A stretch of 64,000 nt of DNA, from contig CAWCXJ010000005.1 of NCBI GenBank assembly GCA_963799485.1, positions 96,001 to 160,000 of the forward strand, given 5' to 3'. The notes below the pieces were generated by a model. It saw only the letters and a list, made by a program, of their open reading frames with translations. It was not told the origin of the DNA and searched no databases. How positions within the stretch are numbered: the first letter of the stretch is position 1; each line of letters begins with the position of its first letter. The DNA comes from an uncultured Trueperaceae bacterium (GTDB lineage Bacteria; Deinococcota; Deinococci; Deinococcales; Trueperaceae). Both the position numbers and the translations under genes were made by a program. Shown in pieces: positions 1 through 11,948 of this stretch.

Positions 1-123
1 GCTGGAACCCTGGCTGAGCGCCCGCAAGCTTTCGGTCAGATTCTTATCTACCTCGTGATTCCGGAAACGCTCATCATCTTCGGTTTCGTGATCGCCTTCT
101 TCCTTAACGCTCAGATAGGCTAA
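1..123 (+). CDS. atpK: V/A-type ATP synthase subunit K (proteolipid), 3' end only
   Basis: Frame 1 reads AGTLAERPQAFGQILIYLVIPETLIIFGFVIAFFLNAQIG*, with the ion-binding Glu in IPETL; directly upstream of subunit E. Confidence 0.92.
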   Translation, partial: AGTLAERPQAFGQILIYLVIPETLIIFGFVIAFFLNAQIG

Positions 124-126
124 ACC

Positions 127-783
127 ATGGCCAATCTTTCGGCTCTGCTTGACAAAGAAGCGGGCGCGGAGATAGAAAGCATCCTCTCCGAGGCGCGCAA
201 GCGTGCCTCGGAGATCGTCGCTAAGGCCGAAGAAGATGCCAAGGCGATGACGGCCCAACGCGAACGCCTGTCGCAGTCTCAGGGTGAGGCGGCGCAGGTA
301 CGCGCGCGCAGCGCGGCGCAGCTAGAAGCGTCGTCGCTGAAGTTGCGCGCGCAGCACAGCGTGGTCGAAGATGTTTTCGGGTCGGCAGAAGCCGAACTTC
401 GCAAGCTCAGCAAAGATAAAAAACGCTACCCTCCGGTGTTGGCGGCGCTCCTCGGGGAAGCCGTCGACGCACTTGGAGGCAAGGACAACGTAAGCAAAGT
501 CATCGTCAACCCGGACGATGAGCAAGCCGGGAAAGAGGCGGCGCAAAAGTACGGCTTGGACGATAAGCTGGGGACCAGCAAAACCGTCGAGGGTGGTGTC
601 AAGGTCAAGGCGACCTCGAACATCACGATTGAAAACAGCCTTTTCGACCGACTGCGGGCTGCACGCGAAGATTTGGCGTCGGAGGTTTCGCAGATGCTGG
701 GCGCGGGGGTAGACCAGCCCCAAGCCGAGTCGGCGTCGGCTAAGTCAGAATCTGCCGAATCGAAATCCAAGTCGGACGCGTAA
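127..783 (+). CDS. atpE: V/A-type ATP synthase subunit E
   Basis: Coiled-coil N-terminus, GGVKV...IENS motif, operon position. Confidence 0.9.
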   Translation: MANLSALLDKEAGAEIESILSEARKRASEIVAKAEEDAKAMTAQRERLSQSQGEAAQVRARSAAQLEASSLKLRAQHSVVEDVFGSAEAELRKLSKDKKRYPPVLAALLGEAVDALGGKDNVSKVIVNPDDEQAGKEAAQKYGLDDKLGTSKTVEGGVKVKATSNITIENSLFDRLRAAREDLASEVSQMLGAGVDQPQAESASAKSESAESKSKSDA

Positions 784-1793
784 TGCCCGCTGATTTCGGT
801 TATATCAACGCCCGCGTGCGCGGCCTTAAAGCCAGGCTTTTAGGCGACGAGTTCTACGCCGCCGCACTCGGCGATTCGGACTTCGGCGCGTTTTTGAGCA
901 GCTTTTCGCAGACTGCTTATGCGCGCGAGGCCGATGAAGCGCAGGCGCGTTACGGCAGCGACCTGCGCGCGGTAGACGACGCGCTCGCCCGCAACTTTTA
1001 CACGACGACCCGGACGCTCCTAAACGTCTCGGACGGGCTTCCGGAGCGGCTCTTAAGACTGCTGCTCTTGCGCTACGACCTCGGCAACCTCAAGACGATT
1101 GCGCGCGCTAAAAGTGCGGGCCGCGAACCTGACGAGGTGCAGGCGGGGTTGTTGCCCGCCGGCGAACTCAAACCGGCGGTTTTAGAGTCCATTGCGCAGG
1201 CGAGCGATTTGCCGGCGGCGGCGCAGGCGGTCGCCGTAACCGGGCATCCGCTCGGGGGCGCTTTTACCCGCGCGGTCGCCAAGTTCACTTCGGACAATGA
1301 TTTGTACGACCTCGAGCTGACCCTAGACCGCGCTTACTACGAAGCGCTCAGTGAAGAGGTGGCGAAGGGCGGTTTTCCCAAAGACTTCGCCCGCTACGTT
1401 CAGCGTGAAATCGACGCGACGAACATCCGCACGGCGCTTAAACTGCGCGGCGCGGAAGATGCCGACGCCGACGCCCTGTTCATCAAGGGGGGTAAAGAGG
1501 TGCGGCGCACGACCTTTGATACGCTCCTGACCGGCGACTTACAGGCGCTCGCGAGTACAACCTTCGCCGAAGTCGCCGAAACCGACGACCTGAGCCGCGC
1601 CGAAGAGATCTTACGCGAAAGTCTCGACGCACAGGCCCGCAAATTGGCGCTCCGCGACCCGCTCGGCGTCGGCGTGATCCTCAACTACTTGCGCCTTAAA
1701 GAAAATGAGACCGCCCGCCTCAGGCTGTTAGCGCGGGGCAAGTTTTACGGCGTCCCCAGAAACCGCTTAGAACAGGAGCTTGGTCGTGCCTAG
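783..1793 (+). CDS. atpC: V/A-type ATP synthase subunit C (d/AC39 family)
   Basis: N-terminal FGYINARVRG, EIDATNIRTALK, operon position. Confidence 0.92.
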   Translation: MPADFGYINARVRGLKARLLGDEFYAAALGDSDFGAFLSSFSQTAYAREADEAQARYGSDLRAVDDALARNFYTTTRTLLNVSDGLPERLLRLLLLRYDLGNLKTIARAKSAGREPDEVQAGLLPAGELKPAVLESIAQASDLPAAAQAVAVTGHPLGGAFTRAVAKFTSDNDLYDLELTLDRAYYEALSEEVAKGGFPKDFARYVQREIDATNIRTALKLRGAEDADADALFIKGGKEVRRTTFDTLLTGDLQALASTTFAEVAETDDLSRAEEILRESLDAQARKLALRDPLGVGVILNYLRLKENETARLRLLARGKFYGVPRNRLEQELGRA

Positions 1794-2115
1794 AATGGTT
1801 ATTTTGACCGACAGCGAAACGGCGACCGGGTTTCGTCTGGCGGGCGTCGAGGTGCGCGAAGCCGACCCGGAAGGCGCGCAGAGTGCGCTCGAGGACTTGA
1901 TCGCGTCGAACGATTTCGGTCTGGTCGCCGTCGATGAGTCGCTCATCGCCGATCCGAACCGCTCGTCGGCGCGCGCCATGCGGGGCCGCGAACTACCGGT
2001 CTTGCTCACTATGCCGAGCCTCGGGGCCGCGTTCGACGAGGAGAGCGGTGACGCCGCCGAGTACATGAAACAGCTCGTCCGCAGCGCGATAGGTTTTGAC
2101 GTCAAGCTCGAGTAA
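1786..2115 (+). CDS. atpF: V/A-type ATP synthase subunit F
   Basis: DSETATGFRLAGV motif and VRSAIGFDVKL end; GTG at 1786 follows an AGGAG RBS. Confidence 0.92.
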   Translation: MPRMVILTDSETATGFRLAGVEVREADPEGAQSALEDLIASNDFGLVAVDESLIADPNRSSARAMRGRELPVLLTMPSLGAAFDEESGDAAEYMKQLVRSAIGFDVKLE

Positions 2116-2185
2116 TTCGTACGCCAACTCCGTGCGGGCAGCCCCGGCGCGGTCTACACTAGAATAGACTACCAAAGGAGGAACT

Positions 2186-3925
2186 GTGGCGATTGAAGGA
2201 AAAGTACAGCGTATCTCCGGCCCGGCGGTTATCGCCGAGGGGATGATGGGCGCGCGGATGTTCGACATCGTGCGCGTCGGTCAAGAAAACTTGATTGGTG
2301 AGATTATTCGCTTGGACGGCGACACGGCCTTCGTCCAGGTTTATGAAGATACCGGCGGTCTGACGATCGGTGAACCGGTCGTTTCGACCGAGCTGCCGCT
2401 CGCCGTCGAACTCGGGCCGGGGATGCTCAACGGTATCTTCGACGGGATTCAGCGCCCCCTAGACAAAATCAATGAGGCTTCGGGAACCTATATCGACCGG
2501 GGCATTACCGTCAACTCGCTTTCACGCGAAGCCAAATGGCCTTTTACGCCGACTGCCAAAGTGGGTGACGAGGTGAAAGGCGGTCAGGTTCTCGGGACGG
2601 TACCCGAATTTTCGTTTACCCACAAGATTCTCGTACCGCCGAACAAGTCGGGCAAGCTCAAAACGCTCGCCGACGCCGGGGACTACACCGTAGAAGACGT
2701 AATCGGGACGCTCGAGGACGGCACCGAGCTCCGGCTCTACCACCCGTGGGCCGTGCGCCAACCCCGCCCGGTCGAACAAAAACTCGACCCGGTAACGCCG
2801 TTTCTGACCGGAATGCGGATTTTAGATGTGCTTTTTCCGCTCGCCATGGGCGGCACCGCCGCGATTCCGGGGCCGTTCGGTTCGGGCAAAACCGTGACGC
2901 AGCAGTCGATTGCCAAATACGGCAACGCCGATATCGTCGTCTACGTCGGTTGCGGTGAGCGCGGCAACGAGATGACGGATGTGCTCATCGAGTTTCCGGA
3001 ACTTGAAGACCCGCAGACCGGCAACCCGCTCATGCACCGCACGGTGCTCATTGCCAACACCTCGAATATGCCGGTCGCCGCACGTGAAGCCTCGATCTAT
3101 ACGGGCATCACCTTGGCTGAGTACTTCCGCGATCAGGGCTACGCCGTATCGGTCATGGCCGACTCGACCAGCCGCTGGGCCGAAGCGCTCCGCGAAATCT
3201 CCTCACGACTCGAGGAAATGCCCGCAGAAGAGGGGTATCCGCCGTATCTCGCGTCCCGCCTCGCAGCGTTTTACGAACGCGGGGGCCGCGTCACGACACT
3301 CGCCGGTGAACCGGGCGCGGTGTCGATTATCGGCGCAGTTTCACCTGCCGGGGGGGATTTCTCCGAACCCGTCACGCAGTCGACGCTCCGGATTACGGGC
3401 TGCTTCTGGGCGCTCGACGCGTCCCTGGCGCGCCGCCGCCACTTCCCGGCGATCAACTGGAACCGCTCGTACTCGCTATTTACGGGGATTCTCGAGGACT
3501 GGTACGCCGAAAACGTCGCGCCCGACTTTAGCGAACTCCGCGACCGCGCCGTAACGCTTCTCCAACGCGAAGCTGAACTCCAAGAGGTCGTGCAGCTCGT
3601 CGGCCCGGACGCCCTGCAAGACCAGGAGCGTTTGGTCATCGAAGTGGGCCGGATTTTGCGGCAGGACTTCTTGCAGCAAAACGGCTTCGACCCCGTAGAC
3701 GCGTCGTGTTCGATGCCCAAAGCGTATGGGCTGTTGCAGCTGATGATTACGCTTAACGACCAGGCCCGGCGTGCGCTAGACGGTGGCGCGACCGTCGACG
3801 ACATCCTTAAAAATGAGGTCGTCGAAAAGGTCAGCCGCGCCCGTTATGTGCCCGAAGACGAGTTCGAGGCGTATAAAACGGACACGCTTAAAGAACTCGA
3901 CAACGCCTTTGCGGTTCCCGCGTAA
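2186..3925 (+). CDS. atpA: V/A-type ATP synthase subunit A (catalytic)
   Basis: P-loop [27 protein letters not shown]. Confidence 0.98.
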   Translation: MAIEGKVQRISGPAVIAEGMMGARMFDIVRVGQENLIGEIIRLDGDTAFVQVYEDTGGLTIGEPVVSTELPLAVELGPGMLNGIFDGIQRPLDKINEASGTYIDRGITVNSLSREAKWPFTPTAKVGDEVKGGQVLGTVPEFSFTHKILVPPNKSGKLKTLADAGDYTVEDVIGTLEDGTELRLYHPWAVRQPRPVEQKLDPVTPFLTGMRILDVLFPLAMGGTAAIPGPFGSGKTVTQQSIAKYGNADIVVYVGCGERGNEMTDVLIEFPELEDPQTGNPLMHRTVLIANTSNMPVAAREASIYTGITLAEYFRDQGYAVSVMADSTSRWAEALREISSRLEEMPAEEGYPPYLASRLAAFYERGGRVTTLAGEPGAVSIIGAVSPAGGDFSEPVTQSTLRITGCFWALDASLARRRHFPAINWNRSYSLFTGILEDWYAENVAPDFSELRDRAVTLLQREAELQEVVQLVGPDALQDQERLVIEVGRILRQDFLQQNGFDPVDASCSMPKAYGLLQLMITLNDQARRALDGGATVDDILKNEVVEKVSRARYVPEDEFEAYKTDTLKELDNAFAVPA

Positions 3926-3937
3926 AGGAGGGGAGAC

Positions 3938-5395
<1,458 letters not shown>

Positions 5396-5396
5396 C

Positions 5397-6077
5397 GTGG
5401 CCGAGCAAGTTGCCCCGACCCGTTCGAACCTGCTCCAGCGGCGCGACCAGCTCAAGCTCGCCAACCGCGGCGCTGACCTCTTAAAGCGCAAACGCGACGC
5501 GCTCATCGGCGAGTTTTTCAGTCTGGTGCAGGAATCACTCAAGGCGCGGCGGGCGCTTAACAGCAGCTCCCGCGAGGCGTACTTCAGCCTCTTTTTGGCT
5601 AAAGCGTGGGACGGTCCTGAAGCGGTCGAAAGTTTGTCTTTGGCAGGGGACAAGCAGCTCGAGCTTGACCTCAAGGTGCAAAACCTGTTCGGCGTCAAGG
5701 TGCCGCAGGTGCAGCCGCCCAAGTTCGACACCAACTTACCTTTTTCGCCCGTCGGCGCGGGTGCGCGCACCTTAGACGCCGCCGCGCAGTTCCGGGCGCT
5801 GACCGAAGCCATCGTTCAGGTTGCGGCGACTGAAACGCGCCTTCGGCTAGTTGGCGAAGAGATTAAAAAGACCTCTCGGCGTGTGAACGCTTTGGAGCAG
5901 ATCGTGATTCCCGGCGTGCAGGCGCAAATTCGCGATATCCGCAGTGTGCTCGACCAGCGGGCACTAGAAGAGACTACGGTCTTAAAACGCATCAAAGCCA
6001 AACTCGACGCCCGTGAAGAAGCCGAAGCTGAAGACGCGCTTAAAAAACAAGCGTCGATGGCGGGAACGTCGGCTTAG
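5397..6077 (+). CDS. atpD: V/A-type ATP synthase subunit D
   Basis: PTRSNL, GADLLKRKRDAL, EIKKTSRRVNALE. Confidence 0.97.
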   Translation: MAEQVAPTRSNLLQRRDQLKLANRGADLLKRKRDALIGEFFSLVQESLKARRALNSSSREAYFSLFLAKAWDGPEAVESLSLAGDKQLELDLKVQNLFGVKVPQVQPPKFDTNLPFSPVGAGARTLDAAAQFRALTEAIVQVAATETRLRLVGEEIKKTSRRVNALEQIVIPGVQAQIRDIRSVLDQRALEETTVLKRIKAKLDAREEAEAEDALKKQASMAGTSA

Positions 6078-6104
6078 CCGTAACTTCAGTGTCTTCCACC
6101 TGTT

Positions 6105-6130
6105 GCAGCCCTGACCTTCAGGGCTGCTTT
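6105..6130 (+). terminator. Intrinsic terminator of the ATPase operon
   Basis: GCAGCCCTGA-CCT-TCAGGGCTGC hairpin followed by TTT. Confidence 0.7.
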
Positions 6131-6353
6131 AGTTTGGAGCCACAAAGCAAGCTGCCGCCGGTCGCTACGTCGGCGCTTTGTAAAAAGCCCGGTTATGAAG
6201 ACCGATCATAATAAATCCCGCTTGCGAGCTGAGCCTCTCAACCACGCGGTCTGGCTGTCCCCAAGAAGCGTGCCCCAGGTCAACGTACCGGCGTACAAAG
6301 AGTCGTCCCACACTTCTTTTTTAATTCATATGCGCTGTATTGTATGCGCCGCT

Positions 6354-6373
6354 CTTGTAAACTTCTTTACAAG
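6354..6373. promoter_or_regulatory. Palindromic operator upstream of the amino-acid ABC operon
   Basis: Perfect dyad CTTGTAAA-CTTC-TTTACAAG; TACTAT -10-like hexamer at 6390. Confidence 0.55.
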
Positions 6374-6447
6374 CCTACGTTTTTACGGGTACTATACAGG
6401 AAGCCTTTGTCCGGCCCAACAGCACAACTCATCTAAAGGGAGACACC

Positions 6448-7464
6448 ATGCGTAAATGGATCGTACTTATCGCCGTTACAACCTTACTATTAGGAAACGC
6501 CTACGCCCAGGGCGGCAAGCTCGCTGAAGTCAAGCAGCGCGGCGAGCTGATCTGCGGCGTCAACGACCAGCTGCCGGGGTTCGGGAGCGTCAACGACGCC
6601 GGTGAATTCGTCGGCTTCGACGTGGACTTTTGCCGCGCAATTGCCGCTGCGGTGCTCGGCGACGCCCAAGCGGTGCGCTTTCGCCCGCTTTCCGCGCAGG
6701 AACGCTTTACCGCCGTACAAACCGGTGAGGTCGATGTTCTGGTTCGTAACACCACCTGGACGAGCAGCCGCGACAGCGACGTCGGGCTGGACTTTGCGCC
6801 CGTCAACTTCTTCGACGGTCAGGGCTTTATGGTACGCACCGACTCGGGGATCAGTACGCTGCAAGACTTGGAGGGCCTCCGTATCGGCGTGCAGTCCGGA
6901 ACCACGACCGAACTCAACTTGGCCGACGTGATGGGCGCACTGAACATTCAGTACGAGCCGGTGATTTTCGAACAGGCCGACCAGCTCGTACGCGCCTACG
7001 ACCAAGGTGCCGTCGACGCCTGGACGACGGACAAGTCGGGTTTGGCGAGCTATTTGCCGACCCTGCAAGACCCCGGCGCGCATAAAATCCTCGAGGCGAC
7101 CATCTCGAAAGAACCGCTTGCACCCGCCGTGCTGCAGGGCGACAGCCAGTGGCGCGACGCCGTAAGCTGGGTTTTGTACGGCCTCTTCAGCGCCGAAGAG
7201 TACGGCATCACCTCGGAAAACGCGGCACAGATGGCTGAAACCTCGCAGATCCCCGATGTGCAGCGTTTGCTCGGCGTCGAACCCGAACCGCTTCAGCAAC
7301 TCGGCCTCGAGCCCACCGCGCTGCTCACTGCTATCCAAGCTACCGGTAACTACGGTGAAATCTACAACCGCAACCTGGGCCCGGACACGCAGTTTAATAT
7401 TCCGCGCGGCCTCAACGCGCAGTGGAGCGAAGGTGGTCTGCTCTACGGGATGCCCTTCCGCTAA
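6448..7464 (+). CDS. aapJ: General L-amino acid ABC transporter substrate-binding protein (AapJ/BztA family)
   Basis: Signal peptide; GFDVDFCRAIAAA, RNTTWTSSRD, GNYGEIYNRNLG, GGLLYGMPFR. Confidence 0.93.
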   Translation: MRKWIVLIAVTTLLLGNAYAQGGKLAEVKQRGELICGVNDQLPGFGSVNDAGEFVGFDVDFCRAIAAAVLGDAQAVRFRPLSAQERFTAVQTGEVDVLVRNTTWTSSRDSDVGLDFAPVNFFDGQGFMVRTDSGISTLQDLEGLRIGVQSGTTTELNLADVMGALNIQYEPVIFEQADQLVRAYDQGAVDAWTTDKSGLASYLPTLQDPGAHKILEATISKEPLAPAVLQGDSQWRDAVSWVLYGLFSAEEYGITSENAAQMAETSQIPDVQRLLGVEPEPLQQLGLEPTALLTAIQATGNYGEIYNRNLGPDTQFNIPRGLNAQWSEGGLLYGMPFR

Positions 7465-7480
7465 ACGCCAAGGCTTTGCC

Positions 7481-7508
7481 GGGGGTGGTTCAGCCACCCC
7501 CTATTTTT
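7481..7508 (+). terminator. Stem-loop between binding protein and permease genes (partial terminator or mRNA stabiliser)
   Basis: GGGGGTGG...CCACCCCC followed by TATTTTT. Confidence 0.6.
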
Positions 7509-7542
7509 ATAGAGAGCTTTTTATTTTTGTTAGGAGGTCAAG

Positions 7543-9474
7543 GTGGCGACGCGCGCGCGCACGTTACAAACCAAGTCGGAGCGAATACCTTTTTACCGTA
7601 ACGTCAAGGTACTCGGTACGTTGGCACAGGTTATTTTTGTAATCGCGCTTGTTTTGGGTATTTTAGTCATGTACCTTAACGTCACCTCGGCGCTCGAGCG
7701 TTCACGTATCCCCGCAAGTTTCGGCTTTCTGGATTCGCGCGCGGGTATCCCCATCGGGGAGTCGCTGATCACTTACAGCCCCAGCGACACCTTTGCACGG
7801 GCGCTATTAGTCGGCGTCCTCAACACCTTGCGGGTCGCTCTCATCGGCGTCGTTTTGGCAACTTTGCTCGGCATCTTGGTCGGGGTGATGCGGCTTTCAA
7901 GAAACTGGCTGTTGCGTCAGATTGCCCTCGTTTACGTCGAGACCATTCGCAACACGCCGCTTGCGGTGCAACTCGTTTTCTGGTTTTACGCGATTCTTAT
8001 CCCCTTGCCGCCCCTTATCAGTAACCCCGTCGAGCTGCCCTTCGGTGCGTATTTTAGTCAGGTCGGCTTGGCGCTCCCGTGGCTTTATCCGAGCTACAGC
8101 TTTAATGCGTGGTTGCCGTGGTTGGGCGGTGCGCTGGTTCTTTTTATCTTGCTCTACATCGTCCGCCGGATTCAGATACGCCGTTCGGAGCGTCCGGGGA
8201 ACGCGTGGTTGTTGCCGCTCGTGGCAGCTCTGGTCGTCGCCGGGATCGGGTTTCCGCTGGCGTCGCAACCGCTGCCGGCGGGGACGACGACGGACTTTAA
8301 TGCAAGTCGTGGGCGCGGCACGGTTTTTGTCGATGCGAACGGGAACGGCGTTCAGGATACGGGCGAACGCGCGCTCCCTTACGCCAGGGTGCAAATCAGT
8401 GTCCCGGAGGCCATACTCGCAGAAAACACTCAGTCTATCGTCGAGTCGCGGCGGCGGGTACAAAGTGCTTTTCGTTTTGCGGCGTTAAGAGAAAGTCAGT
8501 TCAGCAGCGCCGAGGTGACGTTTGCCAACCCCGAGGCGGCGCAAGGCCTCGCCATTCACTACTTTAACTTTCCTTCGTCCGGTATTATCTACCGTGACCG
8601 TAACGGCAACGGCGAGTACGACGCAGACGAAGAGCGCAACCTCGAGAACCCCAATCAGGGCGGCTTTAACGGGGTTCCTTTACGCCTCGGCGTCGAGGGT
8701 TTTGAAGAGACCCTGACGGCTGATCGCACCGGGCAATTCCGACTGCCACCGTTTCAGTCGCTCGCAGAGCTCGACGCCGCGACTGCTGCTACAGCTGCCT
8801 CGGCAGCTGCGCCCGAAGGTGAAACGGACGGTGCAGCCCCTAGCGACGGGGGAACCTCGAGTCCCGCCGGTCTTTTCGGCGGTGGGGGTAACAGTAGCGC
8901 GGGCGGGGACACCTCGAGCCCTGCCGGTCTTTTCGGCGGTGGGGGCGAAGAAACCACCACCGACGTCCCCGGTATCGACGCGAGCGTCACCATCTTGCCG
9001 AGCGGCCCACTCGTCGCCAGTTTCCCGACCGTCCCGCTGACCAGTTATGAAGGCGGCGTACAGCTCTCTGCCCCGTTTTTGGCTTTGCTGTTGGGGTTGG
9101 TTATCTACACCGCGTCGTTTATCTCTGAAATTGTCCGCGGCGGTATTCAAGCGGTCAACAAAGGCCAGCGCGAGGCGGCCAAATCGGTCGGGCTCAGCGA
9201 CACCCAGACGTTCAACCTGATCGTCTTTCCGCAGGCACTCCGCATCATCTTGCCGCCGCTTTTAAGCCAGTACCTCAACCTCATCAAGAACTCGTCATTG
9301 GCGCTGCTGATTACCTTTATCGACTTTTTTGCTATCGGCCGGATTATCGGCAACCAGACCGGGGCGACGGTGCCGATTATCGTCATCATCATCGGAGGCT
9401 ACCTGCTCGTGAGTTTTATCTTTGCCTTTATCCTTAACGTGGTCAACGCCCGGTTTGCGCTGGTCGAACGGTGA
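7543..9474 (+). CDS. aapQ: Amino-acid ABC permease (AapQ/BztB family) with a large extracytoplasmic insertion
   Basis: GVLNTLRV, YVETIRNTPL, EIVRGGIQAVNKGQREAA (EAA loop), YLNLIKNSSL; about 260 extra residues in the middle. Confidence 0.88.
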   Translation: MATRARTLQTKSERIPFYRNVKVLGTLAQVIFVIALVLGILVMYLNVTSALERSRIPASFGFLDSRAGIPIGESLITYSPSDTFARALLVGVLNTLRVALIGVVLATLLGILVGVMRLSRNWLLRQIALVYVETIRNTPLAVQLVFWFYAILIPLPPLISNPVELPFGAYFSQVGLALPWLYPSYSFNAWLPWLGGALVLFILLYIVRRIQIRRSERPGNAWLLPLVAALVVAGIGFPLASQPLPAGTTTDFNASRGRGTVFVDANGNGVQDTGERALPYARVQISVPEAILAENTQSIVESRRRVQSAFRFAALRESQFSSAEVTFANPEAAQGLAIHYFNFPSSGIIYRDRNGNGEYDADEERNLENPNQGGFNGVPLRLGVEGFEETLTADRTGQFRLPPFQSLAELDAATAATAASAAAPEGETDGAAPSDGGTSSPAGLFGGGGNSSAGGDTSSPAGLFGGGGEETTTDVPGIDASVTILPSGPLVASFPTVPLTSYEGGVQLSAPFLALLLGLVIYTASFISEIVRGGIQAVNKGQREAAKSVGLSDTQTFNLIVFPQALRIILPPLLSQYLNLIKNSSLALLITFIDFFAIGRIIGNQTGATVPIIVIIIGGYLLVSFIFAFILNVVNARFALVER

Positions 9475-10690
9475 TCGAGGCGCGTCGCCCCCCTACCTTG
9501 GAGACAGGCGCACCGGCGTGGCTCCGCCGCAACCTGTTTAATTCGCCCCTCAGCAGCGTCGCCACGGTTCTTATCGCGGCCGCAGTGGTCTTTGTCCTTT
9601 ATGAACTGCTCAGCTGGGTGATTTTCGCTGCGAACTGGCAGCAACTCTGGAACAACCTCAAACTGTTCGCCGTTTACCGCTATCCGGCAGACCTGCTCAG
9701 TCGGCCGCTGTCGGTTACGGCGATGTTCATGACGCTTTTAGGCGTTACGGCGGGCGCGTCTCAGGGCGGTACCGGGCGCATCGTTCGCGGCGTTTTTTTT
9801 CAGTTCTTGATTCTGGTCGCCGTTTTAACCGTGCTGGGGCTGCTCTACTGGGAGGCGGTGCGTTGGGGCTGGCTGGCGGTCGGCGTTTCGGCGCTCGTCG
9901 GTTTCGGGTTTGGTCGGTTTAACCCTCGTGTTCTGCCGGGCTGATGTGGGCGTGGCTCGGCGCACTCGTCGTCGGCATCTTTCTGCTCTACGGTCTGCCG
10001 GGTGTTCGCAGCGGCGAGTGGCGCGTCGTCCCGACCCGCGACTGGGGCGGCTTTATGTTGACGCTCATCTTGTCGGTCGTCGGGATTGCGGTGAGTTTCC
10101 CGCTCGGTATCGCGCTCGCGCTTGGTCGCCGGAGCCGTTTACCGGCCATCAAGTATGTCTGCATCGCCTTTATCGAGGTCATTCGCGGCGCACCTCTCAT
10201 CACCTGGCTGTACATCGCCTCACTAATGGTGCCGCTGCTCTTGAACATCGATACCGACCGCATCAGCGCCTTAAACAAAGCGCTCGTTGCGCTCACGCTC
10301 TTTTCGTCGGCTTACATGGCGGAAAACGTACGCGGAGGGCTTCAGGCCGTCGCCAAAGGCCAAGGGGAAGCGGCGCGCGCACTCGGGCTTTCGGGGTGGC
10401 AGTCGATGCAGCTGATTATCTTGCCGCAAGCGCTTAAAGCGGTGATTCCGGCGATTGTCGGGCAGTCTATCGGGCTCTTCAAAGACACCTCGCTCGTGCT
10501 TATCGTCGGACTGCAAGACTTTTTTCAGGTTCACAACATCGTCGCGCAACAACCGGCGTCTTTGCAGGTGCAGGGCGGGGTGAGGCTCGAGCTGTCCCTC
10601 TTTTTAGCCCTGATCTACTGGTTTTTCGCCTTCCGGATGAGCCGCGCGAGTCGGCAGCTCGAGGCCGAACTCGGCGTCGGGACACGTTAG
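9471..10690 (+). CDS. aapM: Amino-acid ABC permease (AapM/BztC family), split into two ORFs at about 9940 (1-nt deletion or TGATG-coupled split)
   Basis: N-half has [10 protein letters not shown]-half has [40 protein letters not shown]. Confidence 0.8.
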
Positions 10691-10700
10691 GAGATTTTGG

Positions 10701-11504
10701 ATGACTGTGACCGTAAATAAAAATAGTGATACCGTCCGGGCTGACGCACCGCAGGGCGGACAAAAGATTATCGAAATTGACGATCTCAACAAGTGGTTCG
10801 GTGAGTTTCACGTGCTTAAAGACATCAGCTTGTCGGTCAACAAAGCTGAAGTCGTCGTGATTATCGGACCTTCAGGCTCAGGCAAGTCAACCTTGATTCG
10901 CTGCGTGAACCGGCTCGAGGAACACCAGCAGGGCCGTATTACCGTAGACGGCGTTGAACTGACCGACGACGTTAAAAAGATCGACCAGATTCGCCGCGAA
11001 ACCGGGATGGTCTTTCAGCAGTTCAACCTGTTTCCGCACCTCACAGTGATGGAAAACATCGTCTTAGCGCCTATCCGCGTACGGAAGTGGAAACGCTCCA
11101 AAGCCGAGGAGCGGGCACGTTACTTTTTAGATAAAGTCGGGATTCCCGAACAGGCCGACAAATACCCCGGTCAGCTTTCGGGCGGTCAGCAGCAGCGCGT
11201 GGCGATTGCGCGGGCGCTGACGATGGAACCCAAAGTGATGCTCTTCGACGAGCCCACCTCCGCTTTGGACCCCGAGGTCATCGGTGAGGTTTTAGAGGTC
11301 ATGGTCAACCTCGCCAAAGAGGGCATCACCATGATCGTGGTCACACACGAGATGGGCTTTGCCCGTGAGGTCGGCGACCGGGTGATCTTTATGGACAGGG
11401 GGCAAATTGTCGAGGTCGGCAGCCCCGAGCACTTCTTTACCAACCCGCAAGAAGAGCGCACCAAGTCGTTTTTGTCGAAGATTTTGAAAGCTGCCAAAGA
11501 TTAG
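10701..11504 (+). CDS. aapP: Amino-acid ABC transporter ATP-binding protein (AapP/BztD)
   Basis: Walker [17 protein letters not shown] signature, DEPTSALD. Confidence 0.93.
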   Translation: MTVTVNKNSDTVRADAPQGGQKIIEIDDLNKWFGEFHVLKDISLSVNKAEVVVIIGPSGSGKSTLIRCVNRLEEHQQGRITVDGVELTDDVKKIDQIRRETGMVFQQFNLFPHLTVMENIVLAPIRVRKWKRSKAEERARYFLDKVGIPEQADKYPGQLSGGQQQRVAIARALTMEPKVMLFDEPTSALDPEVIGEVLEVMVNLAKEGITMIVVTHEMGFAREVGDRVIFMDRGQIVEVGSPEHFFTNPQEERTKSFLSKILKAAKD

Positions 11505-11510
11505 TTCAGG

Positions 11511-11948
11511 GTGCCGGAAATGACCCGGCAAAATGCCGTGCTCGTTCCGGTAGAGAAGGCGACAAACCGTATCCTCGTCCAAGACAGACGCTACCATAAG
11601 CCCCCACCGTGGGGGTTTTTTGGTGGCGGTATTGAACCGGACGAGACACCGTTAGAAGCGGTTCTTCGTGAGGCTGCTGAAGAGCTGACATTGACGTTAG
11701 CACCGGCTGAGCTGGGATTTTACGGCACCTTTGCCGGGTGTTACGGCGACCTCGAGCTTACACTTCACGCTTTTTTGTGGCCCTTCGACGGCGATCTCAG
11801 CAGTTTTGTGCAACGCGAGGGTGCAGGGATGGAACTCGTTTCTGTGGCTGAAATGCTTGAGCGAACCGAACCCGGCGGCCCCGATTATGCTTTGGCAAAG
11901 GGGCTCGAGCGCCTTTTACGGGCGTCTACACCATACTTAAAACGTTAG
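11511..11948 (+). CDS. NUDIX hydrolase
   Basis: Nudix box [22 protein letters not shown]. Confidence 0.88.
   Translation: MPEMTRQNAVLVPVEKATNRILVQDRRYHKPPPWGFFGGGIEPDETPLEAVLREAAEELTLTLAPAELGFYGTFAGCYGDLELTLHAFLWPFDGDLSSFVQREGAGMELVSVAEMLERTEPGGPDYALAKGLERLLRASTPYLKR

Noticed and set aside
1..123. Na+ specificity of the V/A-ATPase from the ET pair in subunit K
   Set aside because: The proton-coupled Thermus subunit has the same PETL, and the first helix needed to judge the Na+ signature is outside the window
6490..7497. Long antisense ORFs (also 39714..40580, 47100..48008 and others)
   Set aside because: Shadow frames of high-GC genes with no recognisable motifs
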